A DNA stretch of 28,506 nucleotides from IMG/VR virus record IMGVR_UViG_3300029823_000010, positions 1 through 28,506 of that record; one strand, given 5' to 3'. The translations under genes were made by a program, and so were the position numbers. The first letter of the stretch is position 1; every line of letters starts with the position of its first letter. Positions 7,763 to 15,573 of this stretch are shown piece by piece. Below the pieces are notes generated by a model that saw nothing but the letters and a program-made list of their open reading frames with translations, made no database searches and was not told the origin of the DNA. Source of the stretch: a virus (Duplodnaviria; Caudoviricetes).

Positions 7763-8053
7763 ATGACAATTGGTGAGAAGCTTAGAGAAATACGTGAATC
7801 AAAGGGTATGACGCAAGAACAAGTCGGGAATCTTACAAATATGACGCGGCAGCGGGTTCAAGCCATTGAAGATGGCGGAGGGTATCCGCTTATGAAAACG
7901 ATTATTTCATTTTCAAAGGCGCTGCGCTGCCCGTTGCGGGATATTCTCAATGAGCCGTTGAAGCTTTATCTTGACGCTCCGGCAAAAACAGATGGTACGG
8001 ACTTCCCGTGCGCAAATGCCGAGAAGTGCCCGTTTTTCAAGAAAAGAGAATGA
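7763..8053 (+). CDS. XRE/Cro-family HTH transcriptional regulator with C-terminal Cys motif
   Basis: IGEKLREIRESKGMTQEQVG......RQRVQAIE.G...P; ends CANAEKCPF. Confidence 0.85.
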   Translation: MTIGEKLREIRESKGMTQEQVGNLTNMTRQRVQAIEDGGGYPLMKTIISFSKALRCPLRDILNEPLKLYLDAPAKTDGTDFPCANAEKCPFFKKRE

Positions 8054-8054
8054 T

Positions 8055-8257
8055 ATGCAAGAAATCTGGAAAGACGTTGTTGGATATGAAGGACTATATC
8101 AGGTAAGTAATCTTGGGTCGGTACGTTCACTACGTTCGGGCAAGCCAAAGCCGCTAAAGCAAAGCGTTTTATAGGCGTACATTCTGCAGCACACATTTAT
8201 GATTGCTGTAATGGTAACAGAAAATCAGCTTATGGGTATATTTGGCAATACAAATAA
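8055..8257 (+). pseudogene. Internally deleted NUMOD4/HNH/NUMOD1 homing endonuclease remnant
   Basis: MQEIWKDVVGYEGLYQVSNLG.VRS (NUMOD4) stops at 8174; the -1 frame continues ...IYDCCNGNRKSAYGYIWQYK* (NUMOD1-type tail); HNH core absent; compare 13742-14374. Confidence 0.75.
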
Positions 8258-8267
8258 ATAAGGGTAG

Positions 8268-8315
8268 AGAGCGCCGGAGAGTGCCATTCCTTTAGAGAGG
8301 GATGGCATTCTTTTT
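8268..8315 (+). promoter_or_regulatory. Tandem heptamer site 2: hairpin occluding the terL SD, with a T run
   Basis: AGAGCGCC-gga-GAGTGCC; GAGTGCCATTCC pairs with GGATGGCATTC over the GAGG SD region; TTTTT then ATG 8316. Confidence 0.8.
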
Positions 8316-9989
8316 ATGTTACCGGAAGATTTTATTCAAGCGAGAGGCAAAATTCTAATAGACTTGAAGCACTACCCAAATATGAAGCTTGACATGAAAA
8401 TTGAAAGTTTTCGTGCGCTTAGAAGCATCTATAAAAAAGACAAAGACACAAGCCACGAGCTATGGGCTAACTATGAATTGCGTAAGTCACTAAACCAAAA
8501 GCTGTCTGAAAGCCTGCCCGCATCTGAAACCAAAAGGTTGTTGAAATACTATTGGAACACATTTTTGGTAGGCTCCAGATATTCTTTTCACGATTATATG
8601 CTGTATTTGGAACATAATCGTGACGCAGATAAAAAGTTCTATGAGAACCGGCTCGCACAGTTAAGACCGATTGTACAGGACTTGCAAGACCTTTACGATG
8701 GTAAAATAATGCGGCTTGGCATATCACTTCCCCCGGGGGTTGGGAAAACCGCATTAATTATATTTTTCTTGTCGTGGGTAATGGGGAAAGACCCGTTAAA
8801 GCCTAATTTGTACTCTGGATATGCTGATAAACTTTGCCGCGGCACGTTCGACGGCATTATGAGCATACTGAAAGACCCGGAATATTGCTACAATGAGATT
8901 TTCCCCGATTCTCCGCTTGCCACTACAAACGCAAAAGATGAAAGCATCGACCTTGTAAAGCCGCAGAGGTTTAAGACCTTTACGGCTCGTTCGCTGGATT
9001 CAAGTTTGACCGGTGCTACACGCTGCGAGAACATTCTTGTGCTCGACGACGCTGTTTCTGGCATTGAGGAAGCCATGAATCTCGAACGGTTGGATTCTTT
9101 ATGGATGAAAGTTACAAATGACCTTTTCAGCCGAGCCAAAGAGGGCTGCCGCGTTCTTCTGGTGGGAACTCGTTGGAGCTGCCATGATGTTTTGGGGCAT
9201 ATGGAATCAAGATATGGCGGAGACAAACAGTCAAAATTTATTCGTATTCCCGCACTGAATTCAAATGGCGGTTCAAACTTTGAATACAAACATGGAGTTG
9301 GCTTTTCACGCGAGTATTTTGAAAATATGCGTGGCAGCATGGATGATGTATCTTGGAGAGCCATCTACCAGCAGGAGCCGATTGAAAGAGAAGGCCTACT
9401 TTACCCGAAAGATAGCCTGCATTACTATTTTGACCTCCCAAATAATCGGCCGGATGCGATTATTGCGGCCTGCGACAGTAAAAACCAAGGCAAAGATTTT
9501 GTTTGCGCTCTTTGCGGCTATGTTTACGGGGAATCGGTGTATATCCCTGACTTGGTATTCAACAACGGTCTGCCGGAAGTCACTAAGCCACTTGTCGCAA
9601 ACCTGTGCATAAACAATAAAGTGAGCCGAATGGATATAGAATCCAATAATGGCGGCGAATATTACGCGCAGGACGTAGACGACCAGATTAAAAAGCGCGG
9701 CGGTTACACTTCCGTGAGGACATTTTTTACTTCAACCAACAAAATCACTAAAATCATAACTGAAAGTGACTTTATCAAAAAGCATTTTGTGTTTTTGGAC
9801 GAATCGAAGTTACAAGATGGTAAGCATGAAGAATACAAAGCGTTCATGCGTAACCTTTTGGAATTTACAATCACTGGCAAAGTAAAGCATGATGACGCTC
9901 CAGACGCACTTTCCATGCTTTCACAGCTCGTAAAGGATTTGTCCGGAATGGACGTAAGAATAATCGACCGTCGGAGCTTGCCGTTTTAA
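8316..9989 (+). CDS. terL: Terminase large subunit
   Basis: Walker A ISLPPGVGKT, Walker B LVLDD, motif GTRW, YQQEP, nuclease HDDAPDAL. Confidence 0.95.
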   Translation: MLPEDFIQARGKILIDLKHYPNMKLDMKIESFRALRSIYKKDKDTSHELWANYELRKSLNQKLSESLPASETKRLLKYYWNTFLVGSRYSFHDYMLYLEHNRDADKKFYENRLAQLRPIVQDLQDLYDGKIMRLGISLPPGVGKTALIIFFLSWVMGKDPLKPNLYSGYADKLCRGTFDGIMSILKDPEYCYNEIFPDSPLATTNAKDESIDLVKPQRFKTFTARSLDSSLTGATRCENILVLDDAVSGIEEAMNLERLDSLWMKVTNDLFSRAKEGCRVLLVGTRWSCHDVLGHMESRYGGDKQSKFIRIPALNSNGGSNFEYKHGVGFSREYFENMRGSMDDVSWRAIYQQEPIEREGLLYPKDSLHYYFDLPNNRPDAIIAACDSKNQGKDFVCALCGYVYGESVYIPDLVFNNGLPEVTKPLVANLCINNKVSRMDIESNNGGEYYAQDVDDQIKKRGGYTSVRTFFTSTNKITKIITESDFIKKHFVFLDESKLQDGKHEEYKAFMRNLLEFTITGKVKHDDAPDALSMLSQLVKDLSGMDVRIIDRRSLPF

Positions 9990-10019
9990 TAATGCTAAAG
10001 CCCATACTATGCCTGCAAA

Positions 10020-10069
10020 TTGTACAGTTTCGCTCATGTGTTGCATTTACATTCAATTTGTGGTATAAT
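10020..10069 (+). promoter_or_regulatory. Conserved sigmaA-type promoter, copy 2
   Basis: TTGTAC-N15-TTGCATTTACATTCAATTTGTGGTATAAT. Confidence 0.85.
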
Positions 10070-10089
10070 ATAGAGGCAAAAGAAATTTG

Positions 10090-10154
10090 AGAGCGCCTTT
10101 GAGTGCCAAAGCAGAAACGATTATTCAATCTTTTGTATCGGGAGAAGGCGCGAC
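10090..10154 (+). promoter_or_regulatory. Tandem heptamer site 3 in the portal leader
   Basis: AGAGCGCC-ttt-GAGTGCC; GCGCCTTT can pair with GAAGGCGC (10144-10151) between the SD and ATG 10155. Confidence 0.75.
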
Positions 10155-11717
10155 ATGATATTTGAAACTAACAATAATGAAATTCTCAATGCCCTCGGTA
10201 AAGACCATAAATTTCTCGGGCGCAGAGCGATTTATACATCTCGTGCAGAAGATGAAATTAACGAAAACACGATTCCAGCTGTTGTGAATGGCGCTATGCA
10301 GCGGCATCTTATCAACAGGCAGGAAATCATATATTTGTTTCGGTATTTTTGCGGTGACCAGCCAATCCTTTCCCGCAAAAAGGCCGTTCGTCCAGAAATA
10401 AACAACAGGCTTGTCATAAACAACGCCTATTCTATTGTCCGCAATTCTACAGGCTATTTCCTTGGCGAGCCTATTCAATATACGGCAAAAGAGAGCAGCG
10501 ATAACAACGATGTTATGCAGCTCAACACCTTTATGGACAGCGAAAACAAAGCGCAGGAAGATATCAAGCTTGCGCAGGACGCTTCCATTTGCGGCACGGC
10601 ATATCGCCTTGTGTCAGTTGGAGACGGCACAGAAGAAGATGAAGCCCCGTTTGAAATCCCAACTTTGGAACCATGGAATACATTCGTAATTTACTCTTCA
10701 AAAGCAGGCCATAAGCCACTTTTGGGAGTTACATATAGCAAGTTGCTTGACGATAATGGCAACGTAAGCGGCACACTTTATACAGTTTATGACAAAGAAT
10801 GCCAATATCAGTATTCCGTTGAGGGCGGCTTCACAACACAAATCAAAGCCGAGAACATAATTGGTACTCCAAAAGCACATTTCCTCGGGGCAGTGCCAAT
10901 TATTGAATACCCAAACAACGAATTCAGAATTGGTGACTTTGAAGTTGTAATGACAATTCTTGATGCCATATCGCAACTTCATTCAGACCGTATGAACAGT
11001 ATACAGCAAATTGTAAATTCGGTGCTTGTGTTTATTGGCTGCCATATGAAGAGCAAAGAAGAAAATCAAGCCAAAGGCGAAGGAAACGCAAGCGACTACG
11101 ATATGCTCCAGCAATACGGAGCAATGGAATTGCCTGCTACAGGGGGCACGGCAAAACCGGAAGTTAAATATGTTAGCGCTTCTGTAGACCAGAATGAGGC
11201 CGAAACGCTTGCGCAGACACTAATTGACTACGCCTACGCAATTTCTGGTATTCCTGACCGCAAGCAAAAGAGTAGTGGAGCGGGTGGAGAAACAGGGGAC
11301 GCGGTTTATCTCCGTGACGGATTCCAGTCTTTGGAGCTTGTTGCTCGCGTGAAAGAGCGCAGCTTTAAGCAGTCTGAGCGGCAGTCGCTCCGCATGATTT
11401 GCAAGATTCTGAAAATTTTCAATGGCATTGACTTGAAGCCAATGCGAGTTGATGTGAAGTTTATCAGAAACCGCACAAACAACCTCGTTAATAAGTCTCA
11501 GGCCGCAGTCAATTTGAGGCAAACGGAAATGTTTGCTCCGGAAGATATTATAGGCCTTATCGGTGTTACAGATGATGCAAAGAGCATGGCAAAAAGGGGA
11601 GAAGAGTGGCTAAAGCAAAACTCACAGCAGCACTCTGAGACGAAGCCAATAGCTCAAAAAAATGTGGAGGCAGACACAGGCAATGGTGGGAACGGATACA
11701 GTGGAACAATGGCGTGA
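10155..11717 (+). CDS. Portal protein, SPP1 gp6-like
   Basis: 520 aa after terL; NNRLVINNAYSIV....GYFLGEPIQY, HFLGAVPIIEYPNN...GDFE.V..ILDA. Confidence 0.92.
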   Translation: MIFETNNNEILNALGKDHKFLGRRAIYTSRAEDEINENTIPAVVNGAMQRHLINRQEIIYLFRYFCGDQPILSRKKAVRPEINNRLVINNAYSIVRNSTGYFLGEPIQYTAKESSDNNDVMQLNTFMDSENKAQEDIKLAQDASICGTAYRLVSVGDGTEEDEAPFEIPTLEPWNTFVIYSSKAGHKPLLGVTYSKLLDDNGNVSGTLYTVYDKECQYQYSVEGGFTTQIKAENIIGTPKAHFLGAVPIIEYPNNEFRIGDFEVVMTILDAISQLHSDRMNSIQQIVNSVLVFIGCHMKSKEENQAKGEGNASDYDMLQQYGAMELPATGGTAKPEVKYVSASVDQNEAETLAQTLIDYAYAISGIPDRKQKSSGAGGETGDAVYLRDGFQSLELVARVKERSFKQSERQSLRMICKILKIFNGIDLKPMRVDVKFIRNRTNNLVNKSQAAVNLRQTEMFAPEDIIGLIGVTDDAKSMAKRGEEWLKQNSQQHSETKPIAQKNVEADTGNGGNGYSGTMA

Positions 11718-11929
11718 CGCAGAGGAAGGAAGCAATCCAGATGACGCAACAGATGGAGAAGAATAAAGGACCGCTTGTCGAAGTCCGTTGCAACAACATC
11801 ATGTACAATCCGGCAACGGACAGATATTACACGTGCAACCGGCTTTTGGGGAGACTCCCGAAAGATTCGGAATATCAGATAAAATGCCCCAAATGCGGAC
11901 ATATGAACGTAAAGGGGAAAACGGAATGA
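11714..11929 (+). CDS. Mu Com-like zinc-ribbon regulator
   Basis: EVRC-x14-CNRLLG...YQIKCPKCGHMN resembles Mu Com (IRCxxCNKLL...EIRCPRC); start GTG 11714 (coupled to the portal stop) or ATG 11741. Confidence 0.8.
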   Translation: MTQRKEAIQMTQQMEKNKGPLVEVRCNNIMYNPATDRYYTCNRLLGRLPKDSEYQIKCPKCGHMNVKGKTE

Positions 11930-12075
11930 AAATCGGAGACAAGGTTATCGACAAAAATGGATATACTGGCGTTATTTCACACATCTGGGAAACCGGTCAA
12001 ATTGCAGTTGAGCAAGAGCCAAATGTCACTTACACGTATGACCACGCCAATATGTTGACCGTCATTAAGAGCTAA
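11926..12075 (+). CDS. Small SH3/KOW-like beta-barrel protein
   Basis: MKIGDKVIDKNGYTGVISHI...; ATGA overlap with the Com-like stop. Confidence 0.65.
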   Translation: MKIGDKVIDKNGYTGVISHIWETGQIAVEQEPNVTYTYDHANMLTVIKS

Positions 12076-12097
12076 TAATGGAAAGTGAGGAAGCAGA

Positions 12098-12211
12098 ATG
12101 AATCAGAATGAAAGATGGTACCCAAAGCCAAAAGATTCCGACGATTTATCTTTTGGATACAAGGTTGATTGTTGTAGCCATTGTTACGTGGATAAACAAG
12201 TAAATACATAG
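12098..12211 (+). CDS. Small hypothetical peptide (37 aa)
   Basis: MNQNERWYPKPKDSDDLSFGYKVDCCSHCYVDKQVNT*; GAGG SD; its TAG overlaps heptamer site 4. Confidence 0.4.
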   Translation: MNQNERWYPKPKDSDDLSFGYKVDCCSHCYVDKQVNT

Positions 12212-12265
12212 AGCGCCTTTTGAGCGCCGGTTTTTCGAGAAATCGAATTGCTGGCGCTCTTTTTC
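12210..12265 (+). terminator. Intrinsic terminator carrying tandem heptamer site 4
   Basis: AGAGCGCC-tttt-GAGCGCC; GAGCGCCGGT...GCTGGCGCTC stem then TTTTTCTTCTT. Confidence 0.85.
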
Positions 12266-12310
12266 TTCTTTATTCAATTTGAAATTAATACCGGTGAAAG
12301 GTTGACAAAT

Positions 12311-12499
12311 ATGGCAAAAAAAGCTCTAAATTTTAAATCTTCGGCTGCAAAGAACCGTTGGATTAAGGCAGTCCATAGCATTCCTTCCAAAACACACCCG
12401 GGTAAATCCGTTGCGCAGGCTTCCCCGGGCAATACTCCGCTGAAAGTTAAAGGAAAATCCGTAAAAGTAAAGCATTCTGTGAGACGCAAGAAAAAGTAA
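12311..12499 (+). CDS. Small very basic protein (62 aa)
   Basis: MAKKALNFKSS...KVKGKSVKVKHSVRRKKK; AAAGGT SD; no acidic residues. Confidence 0.65.
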   Translation: MAKKALNFKSSAAKNRWIKAVHSIPSKTHPGKSVAQASPGNTPLKVKGKSVKVKHSVRRKKK

Positions 12500-12529
12500 T
12501 CCATTTGCCGGGGGAATCCGGCTTTATAT

Positions 12530-12609
12530 GGGGCTGGTAATGGAATCGACGAGGTGAAAAGCCAATGTGCAAGCCTCGCATCGGAGTCCGATTCTCCGCA
12601 GCTCCACCA
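12530..12609 (+). ncRNA. Minimal tmRNA-like RNA (tRNA-like domain only)
   Basis: 5' GGGGCTG-GTAATGGAATCGAC and 3' CGGAG-TCCGATT-CTCCG-CAGCTCC-ACCA; G3-U70 pair; short CGAGGT/GCCTCG helix in place of the mRNA domain. Confidence 0.75.
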
Positions 12610-12755
12610 ATATGCGGCAGACGTGTCGCCGTGGCATTCGGCTGCCCGCTTGAACCCCAACAGACCTCCTTTTAGACCTTCTTTTGAGGCGCGTTACAAC
12701 AAAGCCGGATTGATGGCAAACCACGTTTTCGGTGAGGCCGACAAACCGAATCTAT

Positions 12756-12832
12756 TGTGGGTTAGAGAAGTGGCCCATCTCACATGGCTCATATCCATGA
12801 GAACGTTGGTTCGAATCCAACACCCGCAACCA
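12756..12832 (+). tRNA. tRNA with CAT anticodon (Met or Ile2)
   Basis: Acceptor TGTGGGT/ACCCGCA, D arm GAGA-AGTGGCCCA-TCTC, anticodon arm CATGG-CTCATAT-CCATG, T arm GTTGG-TTCGAAT-CCAAC, CCA. Confidence 0.9.
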
Positions 12833-12920
12833 CAGGCAAGTTTAAAGGTTTTCTGCCGCTAAAACGACCGGCATAGCGCCCGGTAAAACCTTTCTTTTAT
12901 TAAAAACAAGGGGTGAGGAA

Positions 12921-13685
12921 TTGCTAAATGACTTTGTGATGGTAAAACACAAGTTACCGCGTGACTTGCCATACATTCACCTTTACCCGTTGGCTGATGT
13001 ACATATAGGCTCTGCCGAATTTAATGAAAAGCTGTTCAAATTGTGGATTCAAACCGTTCAGAATGACCCATTTGGCTATGCAGTTATTGCAGGCGATATG
13101 ATGAACAACGGCATTAAGACCAGTAAGACCAACGTCTATGAAGAAAAGATGCGCCCTGCACAGCAAAAGGAATATCTTCACGAATCCTTAAAGCCAATCA
13201 AAGAAAAAATCCTCGGGGCTTGCGGAGGAAATCACGAATATAGAAATATCCGCGAGGTAGACGATGACCCACTTTACGATGTATTTTGCAGACTCGGAAT
13301 TGAGGATAGATACCGTCAAAATGCTTGCTTTATGAAAGTAAGTTTGGGCGCTGCAAAGAAAGACAGACAGGTTTCTTATTGCATTGTCCTAATTCACGGG
13401 AAGTCACGGAACAAGCTCCAAAAGTGGGAATACACGGTTGACGGGGCAGACATTGTTATTTCAGGTCACACGCACATACCGGAAGAATCTCCTCCCTGCA
13501 AAATTCGTGTTGATATGCACAACGAAACGGTTTCAACCGCCGAATTTACAAATGTAGTTTGTAGCAGCTTTCAAGACTATGGCGGATACGCATTACGTGG
13601 GCTTATGCCTCCGAATGCAAGCAAGAGATTCCAAATTCTAACGTTGGATGGTACTGCCAAGCACGTTGGATATGAGAATAAATAA
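12921..13685 (+). CDS. Calcineurin-like metallophosphoesterase
   Basis: DxHxG (ADVHIG), GD (AGDMMNN), GNHE, HG and GHTH motifs. Confidence 0.9.
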   Translation: MLNDFVMVKHKLPRDLPYIHLYPLADVHIGSAEFNEKLFKLWIQTVQNDPFGYAVIAGDMMNNGIKTSKTNVYEEKMRPAQQKEYLHESLKPIKEKILGACGGNHEYRNIREVDDDPLYDVFCRLGIEDRYRQNACFMKVSLGAAKKDRQVSYCIVLIHGKSRNKLQKWEYTVDGADIVISGHTHIPEESPPCKIRVDMHNETVSTAEFTNVVCSSFQDYGGYALRGLMPPNASKRFQILTLDGTAKHVGYENK

Positions 13686-13741
13686 TTTGAGAAGTTTGGC
13701 GGATAAATACCGCCCCTTCTCCCTTAAATGGGGGAAGAAAA

Positions 13742-14374
13742 GTGAAAGAAATCTGGAAAGACGTAGCTGGATTTGAAGGGCTATATAAAATCAGTAACTT
13801 TGGAAATGCAAAAAGTTTGGACATGATGGTTTTATGCTCCGGAGGGAATCGGAGAAAAGTAAACGGAAAAATTCTTAATAAAAGAATCAATCACAAAACC
13901 GGTTATGTCCAGTATGTGCTATGCCACGACGGAAAAAAATACTGGAAATATGCTCACAGGTTAGTAGCCGAAGCGTTTATACCAAACCCAAATCATTACG
14001 CAGAAATAAATCACAAAGACGAAACCAAATCCAACAATTATTTCGAAAACCTTGAATGGTGTTCGCATTCTTATAATAACAGCTATGGCACAAAGATCGA
14101 ACGCTGTAGACAGCATACAGATGCCAAAGCAAGAGCACAAAAAATTGATTATAAAGCACTGGTTCAAAAAATTGACTACAACGCAATTGCTGAATATAGC
14201 AGAAAGCCGGTTGTTCAATTAAGCCTTGATGGTAAAAAAATAAGCGTATTTAAATCGCAGAGAGAAGCATCAAGAAAAACCGGTACAAATGTTTGCAGAA
14301 TTTCTCAATGTTGTTTGGGAAACGCAACACAATCCAATGGCTTTAGATGGGAATTTTTAAATCAACCAGCCTAA
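13742..14374 (+). CDS. NUMOD4-HNH-NUMOD1 homing endonuclease
   Basis: EIWKDVAGFEGLYKISNFG, HRLVAEAFIPNP, INHKDE.KSNN..ENLEWC, F.SQREASR.TG...ISQCC.G....NGFRW. Confidence 0.92.
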   Translation: MKEIWKDVAGFEGLYKISNFGNAKSLDMMVLCSGGNRRKVNGKILNKRINHKTGYVQYVLCHDGKKYWKYAHRLVAEAFIPNPNHYAEINHKDETKSNNYFENLEWCSHSYNNSYGTKIERCRQHTDAKARAQKIDYKALVQKIDYNAIAEYSRKPVVQLSLDGKKISVFKSQREASRKTGTNVCRISQCCLGNATQSNGFRWEFLNQPA

Positions 14375-14487
14375 TACCCGGAAGGGTTTAGATATTAGAA
14401 ATTTTTATTACACGGCGGGCCAATGCCAATCGGGAACTTACGAGGTCCTTACGCAGAGGAACGGCGCGGAATACGGAGGAATTCAGA

Positions 14488-15207
14488 ATGAAAATGAAAA
14501 GGTTTAACACAATTTCTAAATACGCAAGGCGCTTTGATGGTGAAGGCGGCGGCGGTTCTGCCACAGGGGCAGCTTCTGCGGCGTCTGCCACAACAGGCTC
14601 AGAGGCATCTACCGGCGTTGGAAGCGGCACTCAAACCGCAGCAGTACCCACAACACAGACAGCTGCGGAGGAAACAAAGCCTTTTAAAACTTTTGCTTCG
14701 CAGGCCGACTTTGACCGCGAAATTCAGCAAGCCTTGAAATCCCGCGAGGAATCCATCAAGGCAAAACTCACACCAGAAATTAAAGCTCAACTCGACAAGG
14801 AATCCAAAATGACAGCAGAGCAAAAGGTGCAAACAAAACTTGACGAGTTGAATAATCAAAAGGCGGAACTTGCAAAAGAAAAATGCCGCATCAAGGCTGA
14901 GTCATTGCTTGTCAGCAAGGGCATTACCGATGAAGTTTCACGCTCCACAATGCTTGACAGTGTAGTAACAGGAGACGAAACAGAAACATTGAAGCGTGCA
15001 CAGGCTCTTGTAGACGCTATTGACAAAGCCACTAATGACAAAATTAAGGAAGAAATGAAAAGAGTCAAAAAGCCTGCTTCTGACGTTGGACAAAACGACG
15101 AGAACAAAACCATTGCCGTGAAGTATGCTCAAGACTATGCTAAACGCCGCGCAACTGCATCAAAAGCCTCTAATGACATTCTGAACCAGTTTATCCACAA
15201 GGAATAA
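14488..15207 (+). CDS. Capsid scaffolding protein (DUF4355-like)
   Basis: FDGEGGGG N-terminus, low-complexity linker, KTF.SQADFDR, KMTAEQK coiled coil; lies upstream of the decoration and capsid genes. Confidence 0.8.
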   Translation: MKMKRFNTISKYARRFDGEGGGGSATGAASAASATTGSEASTGVGSGTQTAAVPTTQTAAEETKPFKTFASQADFDREIQQALKSREESIKAKLTPEIKAQLDKESKMTAEQKVQTKLDELNNQKAELAKEKCRIKAESLLVSKGITDEVSRSTMLDSVVTGDETETLKRAQALVDAIDKATNDKIKEEMKRVKKPASDVGQNDENKTIAVKYAQDYAKRRATASKASNDILNQFIHKE

Positions 15208-15221
15208 TGGAGGGTTAAATA

Positions 15222-15554
15222 ATGAAATTTACTAAGACTGGCACATATGGCGATACCACAGAAATTCTTGCCAACGACCATTATGTAGCCATTACAAAGG
15301 CGCTCAACTTTGCAGGCAACAGCACAGGTATTTTTAAGGCCGGTACACCGATTGGTGCAGATAGCAAAGCAGCTACAACAACATCTAATGTTTCGAATGC
15401 AGTCGGTATTCTGCTTTCAGACGCCACAGCAGACAATCCAAACGGCACCATTATTGTCCATGGGTTCATTGACACAGCAAAAGCACAGGCAAATTCTGGT
15501 GTTACGATTGACGCAGCCACAAAATCCGCACTTCCAATGGTGCTCTTTTGCTGA
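15222..15554 (+). CDS. Head decoration protein
   Basis: KAGTPIG, AVGILLSD, GTIIVHGFID; between scaffold and major capsid. Confidence 0.75.
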   Translation: MKFTKTGTYGDTTEILANDHYVAITKALNFAGNSTGIFKAGTPIGADSKAATTTSNVSNAVGILLSDATADNPNGTIIVHGFIDTAKAQANSGVTIDAATKSALPMVLFC

Positions 15555-15573
15555 TTAACAGGAGGAAATAATT

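Noticed and set aside
12530-12609. attP/attL fragment of host ssrA, or an ordinary tRNA-Ala
   Set aside because: Both 5' and 3' tmRNA-like ends are present and pair; no integrase nearby; no D stem or 7-nt anticodon loop
12554-12862. 102-aa ORF
   Set aside because: Overlaps the mini-tmRNA and tRNA-CAT; no protein features
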